Positions 14,340-31,023 of a stretch of 64,000 nucleotides of DNA are shown piece by piece. Positions within the stretch are counted from its first letter, which is position 1, and each line of letters starts with the position of its first letter. Under the pieces are notes generated by a model. That model ran no database searches and was not told the DNA's origin. It saw nothing but the letters and a program-made list of their open reading frames with translations. Origin of the DNA: the human T2T-CHM13v2.0 reference genome, Homo sapiens. The DNA lies in the NCBI RefSeq assembly GCF_009914755.1, contig NC_060929.1. The stretch is one strand, 5' to 3'. The position numbers and the translations under genes were made by a program.

Positions 14340-15200
14340 TTCAATCTTTTCTTTGAGGAAATAATGTACCTTTTTATGCCAAAGGACATTTCCTCCACCT
14401 GTGCTTTATACCTCTATTCTTTCCTCTGCAGGGATTCTGCTCCATCTGTAATTCATAGTCTATTGTATTTTTAATGTTTCCCTTTTTCTGCCTGCTTCCA
14501 TCAAAATATTAAAATAGTTGATGTTCATCCATCATCAGAATAATCCTCCTTCCAGCCTATGTTACTATGGAATCAGCTATCATTGTCTTTCATTGACATC
14601 TTTCTCTTTCATTCACAATAACTCTTGTAGAAAGTTAAATATGTCATTGCTTTTGCTATTATTCAATATTCCATTCAATATTTTATGTGCTTAACTTTGT
14701 TTACTACTCCTGTCCAGTTCCCACACTGAGAAAAGTTTGAGGATAGAGATAGAGAGGTAGAGATACAGATTTGAGAATCATCAAAATTTAAATGATTTTT
14801 GCAGCTATGTGAGGGAAAGACCATCTCCCAGGGAAAATGTATGGCATGAAAAGTCCAAAGGGGAAAAGTAGTAAGCTCAAAATGCATTAGAATTTAAGAA
14901 CAAGGCAAAGATGTTGGATAAACATGGCTAGAAGATTTATAAGAAAACTAGGACAGAGTGCTAAGGAGAATAGTGAGAGATCAGAATAACAACAAGAAAG
15001 AGTGGACAAAAGCCGAAAATGCCACAAAACTGTTAAGTAATTTTGACTATACCAACATGAAAGTTATGAGTGACTATTTTTACAGAGGTATCTGTGGAAG
15101 GATAGGGGTCGAAGTAAAATTATATTGCTTTGAAAAGTGAATAAACGGGCAGTGAGGATGCAGACATAATATTTTCATAGTTATATTTCAACAAATCTGG
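14340..15200. mobile_element. L2 relic fragments, mixed orientation
   Basis: 'ctccacctgtgctttatacctctattctttcctct' (plus) and 'gtagatacagatttgagaatcatc...gaccatctcccaggga' (minus) are L2-like. Confidence 0.4.
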
Positions 15201-17641
15201 CTGTGCTGAAAAGCTGCAGAAAAATAGCTATGGCATATGGGCTTAAGGCAAAATTGTGTTTTAAAATAATAGCATTTCTTTACATTAGCATAGCATATAG
15301 ACACACATACATATAGAAAGTTTATTCACATTACTTTATCAGCTTTCTGCTATTTTATTTACTTTTTTTCCCCATTTTTCAATTTGTTAATTTTTCTCAG
15401 AGTTTTTAATAACTTAATGTCACTATTTTGGAGAAAATAATTCAAATTGAATCTAAGTTTTCTTTTCTTCACACATAATATTGAATGCCCTTTCTCTCTC
15501 TCTTTATACATCACTTATGTTTTATACTTTTTGCTTTTCAAAAACTTTTAAATAAAAATTTTCTTCAGGCTGATTATTAATTACATTTAGTCCTCAAATT
15601 CAAACAAAATAATTTTTAATCAGATAATTTATGTTTATAATTTGTGTGAGTACATAACTGAACATATTTCACATTTATAATTGTATGTTTTGTTCCAAAC
15701 TGAAAATATTTGAGCTAATTCCATAGGCAAGAATACCTAGAATTAAAACTCAATGGAGGTCTGCAAACATAACTCTACATAATCAAAAGAAATATTTTTA
15801 AAAAATGAATGTACATGAATTCAATTTGTCCATTTGATTCTGCACTTATTTGGTTATCAGAAAGATGCAAAATGATATTTAGACATATGATGTTAACCTC
15901 TATCAATTACTGTTTTAATGATAGGAGGACTTCCCTTATTCAAACTCTTGCAATATTTTGACATTGTTGTTTGAATAAAGATTAACCAGTTCAATATGTC
16001 AAAGTAAAATTTTTCCTTCCACTAAAGATTTTGCATTATATGTGCCATATTTCTATACAATAATTGATAGACAATAATAGAATCTTTCAAAAGCAAAGAG
16101 GTATTGGTAGCTTAAATTCTTAGTGGGGTAGGGTTGAAATGTAAGGTTCTCATAGAAATTAATTTTTCCTTGTACTCATGAAAAATTTCTAATTGTTAAC
16201 ATTATTTCAGGTAATTTATATATTTAAAATGAAAACCTTTGCTATGGTAATTTTATTGAATTACTGATTCAGTAAATGAAAAGCACATTGCATATTATTA
16301 GTTATAGTTTCAACCATAATTATTACATTTTAATTATTAAATTTCTAAAATAAAATGAAATGCAGTTTTGGACTTACTTTTTCTAATGATAAAAATTTTA
16401 ATAGAAACAAAAAAGTGAAAAAAAGCTTTAGAAGACTATTTTAAAATAATTTGAGTTAATTAAATATGTTTTTAATACAACTAATAACATTATGTAGGGT
16501 TACAAAAGTCAAATGAAGGCTGCTTATTTAGTAACAAATATATCCCTTTAGTAGACAAAACTTAGATGACTCATTTCTATTACTAAAATATGTATCAGCT
16601 CACATATAGGGTGGATACACATCTCCATTGCAAATATAATCTCTTAAACTTTTAGACTTTGCAGATTAGCATGAAAGCAATACTAAAATAAAATGGCCAA
16701 ATGTTGAAAATGTTTAGATATTTGTATTCATTCTATAAGTAGCTCAGGTAGTATTTTTAAAGTGCCTAAAAATAAGTAATAAAGAAATAATAAAGGGGAA
16801 AATTGACACAATTTTTTTTTGAAAATTGACACATATGGGAAGTAATTCCCATTATAATTTTAAAACTTAATTTTTAAAAAGAACAAGCTGTCCACAGTAT
16901 TAGAGAATAACTCAATATTGCTTTATGGTAAATCTGCAAAAATGGCCACACATTCTTCCCCCTTTTGTGTCCATACTCACCTCTGTGAAACTTTGCTTTC
17001 CATTATGATTGTGGGTCCAGTCATGTGACTTGCCTTGTTCAATGAGATGTCAATGAAAATGACAGTAACAAAGGCTTGAAAAGTTCTTACATAGTGTGAT
17101 TTGTCCTCTTTCTTGCTGTTTTGGGATTCCTATGAATACTATTCACTGAAGAAGCCCAGGCTGGCTTGTTGAAAAATGAAAAACAAATGGCCCAGGTACT
17201 TTCATTAGGAACAGGGCTGCCCTGCTGAGAGGCAGCGGGCCCCAGAAAAATGAGTGAACCCACTTGAGTCTGAGAGCAATCAAAGTACCAACAAAGAATT
17301 AAAAGATACACAAATGTTATATTATGTATCACAAGTTTTACTGATACAAAAATTGGTTCTAGGAGTGGGGTGCTACTATTAAAAATATCCTAAAACATTT
17401 GGCATTGGATTCAGGATCAGGTTTTGGTTGGCAATACAAAAGAGTCTAGGAAATTGTCAGCAAAGACTTGATACTATCCCAAACAAAACAATAAAAAAAA
17501 AAATTGAACTACGAAAGCAGAGAGTAAACTGCTAAAGTAGATTTGCTAAATGGTGACCCAGATTATATAGTTGTGGAAAAAATGGTAAAAACTGTTCCCT
17601 GTTTTAAATTGAAATATAAAACAAGTGTAATGTACTTGTAG

Positions 17642-17952
<311 letters not shown>

Positions 17953-18804
17953 TGTAGGTCTTGATAAGGTGATTTTTCTGGAATATGATAAAAAGTGCCA
18001 GTGGACATCTATATACTACGTATGGTAATGCTCAGAAAGAGAAGGATGAGTTATTGGCGTGCATTGGAAATTTAAACTCATTCTCAATCCCCATTTTTCA
18101 AACCAGAAAGGAAGTACAAATGACCTCAGGTTAAAGATCAAATCAAAAGTGTAGCTGCAATACACTTGGTTGAGACCTTTGAAAGATTTAGTCAGTGAGT
18201 GGTATAACCTCCCAGCTAGAAAAAGAAAGGAATACATAAAAAAAATAAGATTAGTATTACACTAGCCTGGCCACCCAAAGTAGAAAGAAGCTTACCTTAA
18301 AAGGAATTGTAAGTGTGGTTTTTAGGTCATAGCAAGGACCCAAATAAGAAATTTGCAATGTTTTTAAGGGAATTGTCCTGCCATCTGAAATTGAAAGAGA
18401 CTAAGTTTAACACCAAGACAGGACTGTACGGTTTTAACTTTCTATCTTTTGTAGTCAGAATTAGAAAGCTCTTCAGCTACAAATTTAAGATATTTTTTAA
18501 TGAAAATGATCCTTTCAAAGATTATAGCCATGGGCTAAAGATAATTATGGACTACATTTGATGTTCTTAAACATATTAGTCTCAAGACTTCTTTGTTCTC
18601 ATATATATTATTTAGGCTCCAGAGAGCTTTTCATTCTTTTGATTCTTTTATCTCTCTTATTTACCAATTAGATATTAAAACTGTGAATTGAAAATGTTTA
18701 TTTAAAACAATAATAAACCTACTAACTGATATCATTTTGCATTTTAAGAAAAAATAAACATAATAATTTGAGTAGAGAAAGTAGCATTGTTTTACATTTT
18801 CAGG

Positions 18805-19212
18805 TGCTATGGTTTCAATGGGTCCACTAAAGTTCAAGTATCTGAAGCTTAATGTCCAATGCAACAGGGTTGAGAGTTAGGACCTTCAAGAGGTGATTAG
18901 GTTATGAGGGTCGTGCCTTTCTGAATGCATTGATGCAATTACTGGGGGACTGGATAAGTTCAGGAGTGAGTTGCTGATAAAAGGATGATTTCAGCCTCAT
19001 CCAGCCTCTTTCCTTTTCTTTCTTTCTTTCATGCCTACTCTTTCACATTTCCGCCTTTCACTATGGGATGACGTAGCAAGAAGGCCCTCGCCAGATATGA
19101 GTTCCTTCATCCTGGACTTCCCCAATTCTGGAACTATAAGAAATGCTTCTTCATTCTTACAAATATCTAGTCTCAAGTATTTTGTTATAGTGGCACCAAA
19201 CAAAGTAGGACA
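18805..19212 (+). mobile_element. MST (MSTC-like) solo MaLR LTR inside Charlie1
   Basis: 'tgctatggtttcaatg...gaggtgattagg...tcaagtattttgttatagtggcaccaaacaaagtaggaca' with TG...CA ends. Confidence 0.85.
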
Positions 19213-19580
19213 GCAAGTCTTTTTTTATGATAGAATAAATAGAATAAATCTGAATTCTCATGCATTCTTCTGCATTCTATCAGTTGTGATATGTTGCTGT
19301 GGTTGAAATATATAAAGAAAATATGGCCTCTGATAAATATATAGAATAAAAATGGAAGTGTATTTTCATAACCTTTTTACATTATTTTGGATATTCTTAT
19401 CTAATAATAGCTCAAAACTTGAAAAGTCACGGACTCTTAAAATCCATACCATTACCTTGCAGTTTGAATAGATCTGTTGCTATTCATGGTTTTGGGATAC
19501 CATACATGGGTTACCTGGAAATGCGGGTAATTTATTTGTGTACCCTTTTTAAAAACTTTATTTAATTTTATTTTAAGTTC

Positions 19581-20827
<1,247 letters not shown>

Positions 20828-22764
20828 TCACCTAGACATTAAGCCCCACATGCATTAGCTATTTGTCTTGATGATCTCCCTTCCCCTGCACCCCCTGACA
20901 GGCCCCAGTGTGTGTTGTTCCCCTCCCTGTGTCCATGTGTTCTCATTGTTAAGCTCCCACCTATAAGTGGGAACATGTGGTATTAGGTTTTCTGTTCCTG
21001 TGTTAGTTTGCTGAGGGTAATGGCTTCTACCTCCTTCCATGTCCCTGCCAAGGTCATGATCTTGTTCCTATGGCTGCATAGTATTCCACGGTGTATATGT
21101 ACCACATTTTCTTTATCCAGTCTATCATTGATGGGCTTTTGGATTGAATCCATGCCTTTGTTATTGTAAATAGCGCTGCAGTGAACATACATGTGCTTGT
21201 GTCTTTATAATAGAATGATTTATATTGCTTTGGGTATATAGCCAGTGATGGGATTGCTGAGTTAAATGGTATTTCCAGCTGTAGGTATTTGAGGAATTGC
21301 CATACTGTTTTCCACAATGGTTGCACTAATTTACATTTCCACCAAAACTGTAAAAGCATTCCTATTTCTCCACAGCCTCACCAGCATCTGCTGTTTCTTG
21401 ACTTTTTAGTAATCACCATTCTGTCTGGCATGAGATGGTATGGCATTGTGGTTCTGATTTGCATTTCTCTGATGATCAGTGATGTTGAACTTTTTCTCAT
21501 GTTTGTTGGCCACATAAATGTCTTCTTTTGATAAATGTCTGTTCTTGTCCTTTGCCCATATTTTAATGGGGTTTTTTTTTGTTTGTTTGTTTGTTTTGGT
21601 GTGTGTGTGTGTTGTAAATTTGTTTAAGTTACTTGTAGATTCTGGATATCAAACCTTTGTCAGATGGATACATTTCAAAATTTTCTCCTATTCTGTAGGT
21701 TGTCTGTTCACTCTGATGCTATTTTCTTTTGCTGTGTAGAAGCTCTTTAGTTTAATTATATCCCATTGGTCAATTTTTGCTTTTGTTGCAATTGCTTTTG
21801 ACGTTTTCTTCATGAAATCTTTGCCCATGTCTATGTCCTGAATGGTATGGCCTAGATTTTCTTCTAGGGTATTTATAGTTTTGGGTTTTACATTTAAGTC
21901 TTTAATCCATTTTTAGTTAATTTTTGTATAAGGAGTAAAGAAGGGGTCCAGTTTCAATTTTCTTCGTATGGCTATCCAGTTTGCCCAGCACCATTATTAA
22001 ATAGAGAATCCTTTCCCCATTGTTTGTTTTTGTCAGATTTGTCAAAGACTGGATGATTATAGATGTGTGGTCTTATTCCTTAGATCTCTATACTATTCCA
22101 TTGGTCTATGTGTCTGTTTTTGTACCAGCACCATGCTGTTTTGGTTACTCTTGCCTTATAGTATAGTTTGAAGTTTGTTAGTGTGATGCTTCCAGCCTTT
22201 TCTTTTTCCTTAAGATTGTCTCGGCTATACAGGCTGATTTTTTGAATAAAATTCAAAATATTTTTAAACTATTAATTTTAAAGTAGTTTTTTATAAGTCT
22301 GTGAAGAATGTCAATGGTAGTTTAATGGGAATATCATTGAATCTATAAATTACTTTCAGCAGTATGGTCATCTTTATGATATTGATTGTTTCTATCTGTG
22401 AGCATAGAATGTTTTTCCATTTGTTTGTGTCCTCTCTGATTTCCTTGAGCAGTGGTTTGTAGTTCTTGAAGAGGTCCTTCACATCCCTTGTTAGCTGTAT
22501 TCATAGGTATTTTATTCTTTTTGTAGCAATTGTGAATGAGAGTTCATTCATGATTTGGCTCTCTGCTTGTCTATTGTTGATGTAAAGGAATGCTTGTAAT
22601 TTTTTCACATTAATTTTGAATTCTGAGACTTTGCTGAAAAGTTGTTTATCAGCTTAAGAAGCTTTTGGGCTGAGATGGTCGGGTTTTCTAGATATAGGAT
22701 CATGTAATCTGCAAACAGAGACAGTTTGACTTCCTCTCTTCCTATCTGAATACCTTTTATTTCT

Positions 22765-23611
22765 TTTTAAAATTTTTTTATTATACTTTAAGTTCTGGGA
22801 TACATGTGCAGAACCTGCAGTTTTGTTACACAGGTATACACGTGCCATGGTGGTTTGCTGCACCCATCAATCTGTCATCTACATTAGGTATTTCTCCTAA
22901 TGCTAGCCCTCCCCTAACCTGCACTCCCTGACAGGCCCCAGTATGTGATGTTCCCTTCCCTGTGTCCATGTGTTCTCATTGTTCAACTCCCACCTATGAA
23001 TGAGAACATGTGGTGTTTGGTTTTCTGTTCTTTTGTTATTTTGCTGAGAATGATAGTTTCCAGCTTCATCCATATCCCTGCAAAGGACATGAACTCATCC
23101 TTTTTTATGGCTGCATAGTATTCCATGGTGTATATGTGCCATCTTTTATTTATCCAGTCTATCACTGACAGGCAGTTGGATTGGTTCCAAGTCTTTGCTA
23201 TTGTGAACAGTGCTGCAATAAACATACGTGTACATGTGTCTTTATAGCAAAATGTTTTAAAGTCCTTTGGGTATATGTCCTGTAATGGGATTGCTGGGCC
23301 AAATGGTATTTCTGGTTCTAGATCCTTGAGGAATCACCACACTGTCTTCCACAATGGTTGAACTAGTTTACAGTCCCACCGACAGTGTAAAAGCATTCCT
23401 GTTTCCCCACATCCTCTCCAGCATCTGTTGTTTACTGACTTTTTAATGATCACCATTCTAACTGGTGTGAGAAGGTATCTCATTTTGGTTTTGACTTGCA
23501 TTTCTCTAATGACCAGTGATGATGAGCTTTTTTTCATATGTTGGTTGGCTGCATAAATGTCTTCTTTTGAGAAGTGTCTGTTTACATCCTTTGCCCAATT
23601 TTTGATGGGGT
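22765..23611 (-). mobile_element. L1PA7-like 3' fragment (~850 bp) inserted in the host L1
   Basis: T tract then 'ttatactttaagttctgggatacatgtgcagaac...acattaggtatttctcctaatgct'. TSD 'tgaataccttttatttct' (22747-22764) / 'tgaatactctttatttct' (23612-23629). Confidence 0.9.
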
Positions 23612-25299
23612 TGAATACTCTTTATTTCTCTTTGAATTCTCTTTCTTTCTTTCTCTTGCCTGATGGCCATGGCCAGAGCTTCTAATACTACGGTGAATAG
23701 GAGTGGTGAGAGAGGGCATTTTGTCTTATGCCAGTTTTCAAGGGGAATGCTTCCAGCTTTTGCCTATTCAGTATGATATTACCTGTGGGTTTAAATAGTA
23801 AGAGTCATAAATGACTCTTACTATTTTGAGGTAGGTTCCATTAATACCTAGTTTAATGAGAGTCTTTCACCTGAAGGGATGTTGAATTTTATAGAAGGCT
23901 TCTTCTGCATCTATTGAGATAATTATGCAGTTTTTTTCTTTAGTTCTGTTTATATTATGAATCGCATTTATTAATTTGCATATGTTGAACCAGGCTTGCA
24001 TACTTGATCATGGTGGATAATCTTTCTGATGTGCTGTTGAATTCGGTTTGCCAGTATTTTTTTGAAGATATTTGCATTGATGTTCATCAGAAGGATTGGC
24101 CTAAGGTTTCCTTTTTTTGTTGTAAATGATGACACATTGCATGATACGATATCAACAAATAACACTTGTATAATATTACCATGGATCTAATAAAAAGATT
24201 TTTTTATATATTGAGAACCTGGCAAGCTTGTGATGGTGGGAAAAATTTGTCTTAAATTCAAATATGTGCCAAAAGCTCAAATTTTGTCATTGGCTACAAA
24301 TACAGTCATTTGTCCTTCTTGAAGTTACAGATGGGCATTCATTTTCAATAAATTATCCATGAAATACCTCAGTCTGAATTGTCATAGGTTGTCAGTTATC
24401 CATTTGAGTAAAAAACTAGATTCCAGGAAGAAAATCTGCTGTAATTCGGATTGGAACTCCATTATATATATTATTTTTCTTGATAGAAGTGTTACACTTC
24501 AATATGTAGCAAATGTTCTTTATGCATAATTCCCATTTCATGACAGAGTATATTAAATCATTGAATACTGTTATTGACTATAGTCACCCAATTGTGCTAT
24601 CAAATACTAGAGGGTTGAAATTTAATAATTGTGTGATTTCAACAAGGACAAAGTAAAACTGGTTTTCTTCCCTTTTGTGTGTGTGTTGGTGAAGAATACC
24701 CTTGGTGGAGGTTATCTCCATCACAATTTGTGCTAATTTTACACACCATTGTTTTTCAATCATCAGTACAAATGTAAACACAGTAAAAAAAAAAAAAAAA
24801 AGCAAATAATACCCTAGCGAACTTATGAAGATAGCTTTTATTTGGGCCCCCTTAAAAGGACCTATGGCATACCAGCTATGCAAATACTACTTCTGAGAAT
24901 CTGAGAACCACTCCTGAGATGTGCAGAAACCAAGAGACTTGGAGCCACTCTGAGAGATCAGAACTGGGATCCAGTCTAGAAAAACTCGTGCTCCAGAGTA
25001 GGTAATCCTGGCAATATTTCCCCTGGGGATTTCAGAATAACTAGGAACAAGTCACTTTGTGTTTCTTACCATCCTGACACTTTTTGAATGTGGGATAGGT
25101 CTATTGTAGAAAAGCTATTCTTGTCTCACAATTGTGTACTTAGTGTTTGTACGCATGTAGGGAAAGAGAGACAGTTACTTGATCAAAAACAACAGAATTC
25201 AAAAAGCCAAGTGAAATATCATAGAGATTATGAGATCCCAAACTTCAAGCCTGATGCTGTGATTGGATGCCACTTTTTGTGGTAGTGAAAGGGATGACT

Positions 25300-25678
<379 letters not shown>

Positions 25679-26640
25679 TTATTAAATATTTAAATTTAAA
25701 TTTAAATGTCCAGAGCACCAGATGTGGTAGGCTGTACAATTCACCACAAATTCTTCCTCCTTGTGTGCCTACATCTTCTTACCATGTATCTGTGAATGGG
25801 ATCTTACTCTGTCTCTGGGCTTGTGCCTATCCCTTAATTTGGCCAAGGGATTAACAACAAATAGGATATAATCAGAGGATGTAAAAGCACTTGCAGAGTA
25901 CGGCGTTTCTTTCTTGTTGCTTTTCAGAACTTTGTGAAAGACAACATGTGAAAAACTCCAGGGTAATACACTGGAGGTGAGAGCTATATGGCCCAGTTAC
26001 CCCTGCTGATCGAGCTCAAAGGCAGCCAGCCTCAACTGAGTGGTAACTGGCCACAGAAACCTATGTAAGACCAACTGCCACCAGAAAGTCTATGCAACTG
26101 AGCCCACCGAACTTACCAGCCTTCAGAATCATGAATTCCATAAATATTTGTTTTTAACCATTTAATTGTGCAGGCTTTGTTATTCAACCAGAGTTAACCG
26201 ATACACATGGTATGTTCCCTCTTCACGGACTCTTCAGTGTTCCTTACAAATAATTGTATTATTCTTTGCTCATGAGATTCCTTCGTTTTGAATTCCCTAT
26301 GCCTTGCTCTACCTTATATAGTCTTACTCGTTTAATCTCCTACAGTATTCTTTTATATCTGTTCTTTATATCTTATTTAATGGAATATCTATATTGATTG
26401 ATTTGCTTATAACCATAACATAGCCACAAATAATAAAATCTTAGAAATAAGGAATAAATAAGACTTTTAATCAGATATGACATAAAAATGAACTGTTTAA
26501 AACTCATTTTGAATATAAAATATGCCAAACAAAAATATAGTTATATCAAGAAAATTAAATTTAAAATAGGTATTTCTTCCATACATGATATATCTGCACA
26601 TTGCTTTTTTACTGGATAGAGGCTAGAGAATTTTTACATT

Positions 26641-26680
<40 letters not shown>

Positions 26681-26750
26681 ATTTTTACATATGAAATGAT
26701 ATATATGTAAAATTATATATATGTGTGTGTGTATATATATATATAAAAAT

Positions 26751-26781
<31 letters not shown>
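26641..26781. repeat. Compound (TA)n(GA)n and TA/TG microsatellites
   Basis: Read directly from the sequence. Confidence 0.9.
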
Positions 26782-27532
26782 CTTCTTTCCTTTTAAATAA
26801 ATGCATAGGATTCCATGATATTGGCCTCATAATTCATTTTTACTAACAATAGCTAGGCTATTTCCAGGTTTGTTATTCTTATGGTTTTGTGAGTGTGGTA
26901 GTTTACATTTTATTTTGTTTACTTTATCTGGTTTTCTTTTGCCTTAATAATAGTGTGTCAACGAGTGTACTGTTTACTTATTTATTTTTTACCCTGTCGT
27001 ACTGAAATGCATCAATGGGAGATCTGGCAGTTCCTGTAGCACAGCGTCATTATATGAAGGCGGTGTGCTAAAAATAGTTTGAACTATTTTGTATTCAAAC
27101 ATAAATTACACTTATAATATGAAATATGATATGAGTAGCAACCGATGACAATATAGTTCGTCAGTTTTCTTTGAAGAAATATATACACTTTAATACATTA
27201 CATAGCTCACATATCTAAAATGTATTAGTTAAGATTGTACCTTGTATTTTTTCACATGAAGAATGATCTTTACTTTCTTAATATATATTACTTATATATA
27301 AAAATCAAAATAAAAATTATTTATTGTTTCATTAAGTTTATTTAAAGGTAAGAATATTCTCATTTAGCAATTACATAAAATCAAATTACCTGGTACAGAC
27401 ACGCACAGAGGTGCACACCACTAAGTATGCTGTAGAAGTTCAGACACAGGTTCACATGTTCCTGGATCGTCAACACAAACATTCTAGAAAATCTCATTTC
27501 CACACATTTGCATACCATGCCATCCAGTGCTA

Positions 27533-27840
<308 letters not shown>

Positions 27841-27870
27841 TTAATTTTGTTCCACAACTGTTCCAATCTA

Positions 27871-27943
27871 TTTTATTTTTTATATTGTTGTGTTTTATTT
27901 TATTTTTATATTGTTTTATTTTATTTTTTATATTGTTGTGTTT
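27871..27943. repeat. Short imperfect tandem repeat, about 3 x 'ttttatttttatattgttgtg'
   Basis: Read directly from the sequence. Confidence 0.7.
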
Positions 27944-28346
27944 GTTTGTTATCAAAGAATAAAATGAATTTCCATAAACTACACATAAATATAATATTGT
28001 ATTATGCCTATGGTCAATTTATAGTTCTTTTCTATTTATAACTACCTTAATATTTGACTTCCCATGAGACAAAATCTACTGGAGTAAATAAAACACAAAA
28101 TGATAGGCAAGAACCCCCCGAATATTCTAGTTGCCTTCAAAAAAGGTAAGTCAAATATTTAACTAAATATTTAGTTTGTGGATAAATATACTGGAGTTAT
28201 TTAGTGTAGCTATTATAGGCATACAGATGGATTTATTTAATTTGCTGGCAATACAAATAAACCTAAATATAATTTTAATATATCAATCAGTTTGAACAAT
28301 TATCTCCTATAATTAAAAGTGAACTTTTTTCTCACATTGTAGTTAG

Positions 28347-29057
<711 letters not shown>

Positions 29058-29744
29058 AAAAGGAATACTTTTTATCTGAACTAGACCACTTAGCCATAGA
29101 ACTAAAACGATTTAATACAGAGCTGTGTTCTATTTGCTTTCCTTTTTCTTTGTCTTTACTCTATTTCTATAGTAAGTTCCTGCAAGACATCCAGTAGATA
29201 CATTGACTTTTATTTGGTGAATAAATTTAAGGGACTTCAAGAGTTAAGGCCTTTTCTAGTTCATGGTCTGATATCCCTAGAATGTGGTTAAAAAAGGTTG
29301 CTAGATATCAATCCATCACACTCACATTACAATAAGCAGGAATGGAGGAGAGAAGGGGGAGAAAATGAGAACAAGCACAAGTTGTATCATGTCTATTTTA
29401 TCGAAGGTTCCCAAGCTGTATAGGACACATCTGCTTTCTTTCCATTGTTTAGAAGTAGGCACTCCTAGCTTCACCCAAAAAAAAGTCATTTTGTGAAATA
29501 TCATTTTTATTCTGGGAAAGAACATGCAGAGCTAAAAGTTGAAGGTTCTATTACTATAAAAGAAAAGAAGAACACATATCGAGGGACTACTAGTAGGTTC
29601 TACTATAGTGTTTACTTAACTGGACCCAGTTATTCTTTATTTTATAGCCTTAAAATTTCAGTGGTTACATTGAAGAGCAAGCTCCATGTATAACAGCTTT
29701 CTTTGAGCCCAATTCTGAAAGGAAATATTCTATAAAACTCCATA

Positions 29745-30070
29745 GATAGATATATAGATGACAGATAGATAGAAATACACACATATGTATATATATATAC
29801 ACACACACACACACACAATCTATGTGCATATATTTGTGAGCATATGTATATATAGATATCATATATCCATTTTTATCTATAGCGGAAACTCTCAATCTCC
29901 ATTAAAAGTCTATATTTTATCCTTTCTTTTACATGGAGTATGAACATTAATGTTATACTGGAATATACACATGATAAATGGTTTATTGCAGTGTTTCCAA
30001 AATTTTATAGAGGAATACACATATATATATATGTGTGTGTGTGTGTGATATGTATGTGTGTGTATGTGTT
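29745..30070. repeat. TAGA/TA/CA and TA/TG microsatellite clusters (29745-29880, 30017-30070)
   Basis: Read directly from the sequence. Confidence 0.8.
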
Positions 30071-30680
30071 TATAGAGAAAGAGATGTTGAAACTATCAAA
30101 TTTATGTGCTTTACCTTAAAATTATTTATAGCCAAGAAACTGATGTGACTAGATCAACGACAGTGATATAAATACATGACAGATAGATGTAGATAGGTTT
30201 CCTGTTAGTTTGATTTTTGTCCTTTACTATGTGCTTAGCCCTGGGTCCAACACCAGAGGCATTGCAATCGGAGCAGATGAAGAAACTGAGGAAGAGAAAA
30301 GTGGAAAGCAGGTCTAACACAGTCAGTTGTCTGGCCCAGTCGTCAATCTACCTTGAGTGTATAGCAGGTTGCTTCTCTCTTCTAGCATATCCACACACCA
30401 GCCTTCATAAAAATCCTCTATGAAACTGGGAGAACAGCCTGCCTTTAGGGATATGTTGATGATTCCCGATGACCTCAAATCAAAGTCATATGATCCTCAA
30501 GGCTTTAAAAAGCTCAGGCCAACCTTATACCATTGTTTTCACATCACATTTTTACTGAAACTCAACTAAGAAGAAATTGTCCTCTCACTATTCCTCATGT
30601 AAAATATATTTATTATAATTTCTGAAGCTTCTGATTCACCTTTTGGTTAGCCTCAAATTTCCCGTCAGTTAATATCCCAC

Positions 30681-31023
30681 TTTTATTCTATTTTATTTTA
30701 TTTTATTTTATTTTATTTTATTTTATTTTATTTTCTAAGACAGGCCTTGTTTTGTTGACCAGGCTGGAGTACAGTGGTGCGATCATGACTCATGCAGCCC
30801 CCACCCTCCTGGGCTCACTGGATCCTCCCACCTCAGCCTCCTGAGTAGATGGGACTACAGTCATGCACAACCACTTCTGGTTAATTTTGTTTTTTTGCAT
30901 TTTTTTTAGAGACACTTTTTTGCCATGTTGCCCAGGTTGTTCTTGAATTCCTGGATTCAGGTGATCTGCCCACTTGGGCCTCCCAAAGTGCTGGTATTAC
31001 AGGTGTGAGCCACTGTGCCTGGC
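30681..31023 (-). mobile_element. AluJ with (TTTTA)n-expanded tail
   Basis: J-type 'gatcatgactca' and 'gatcctcccacctcagcc'. Pentamer tract at about 30690-30734. Confidence 0.9.
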
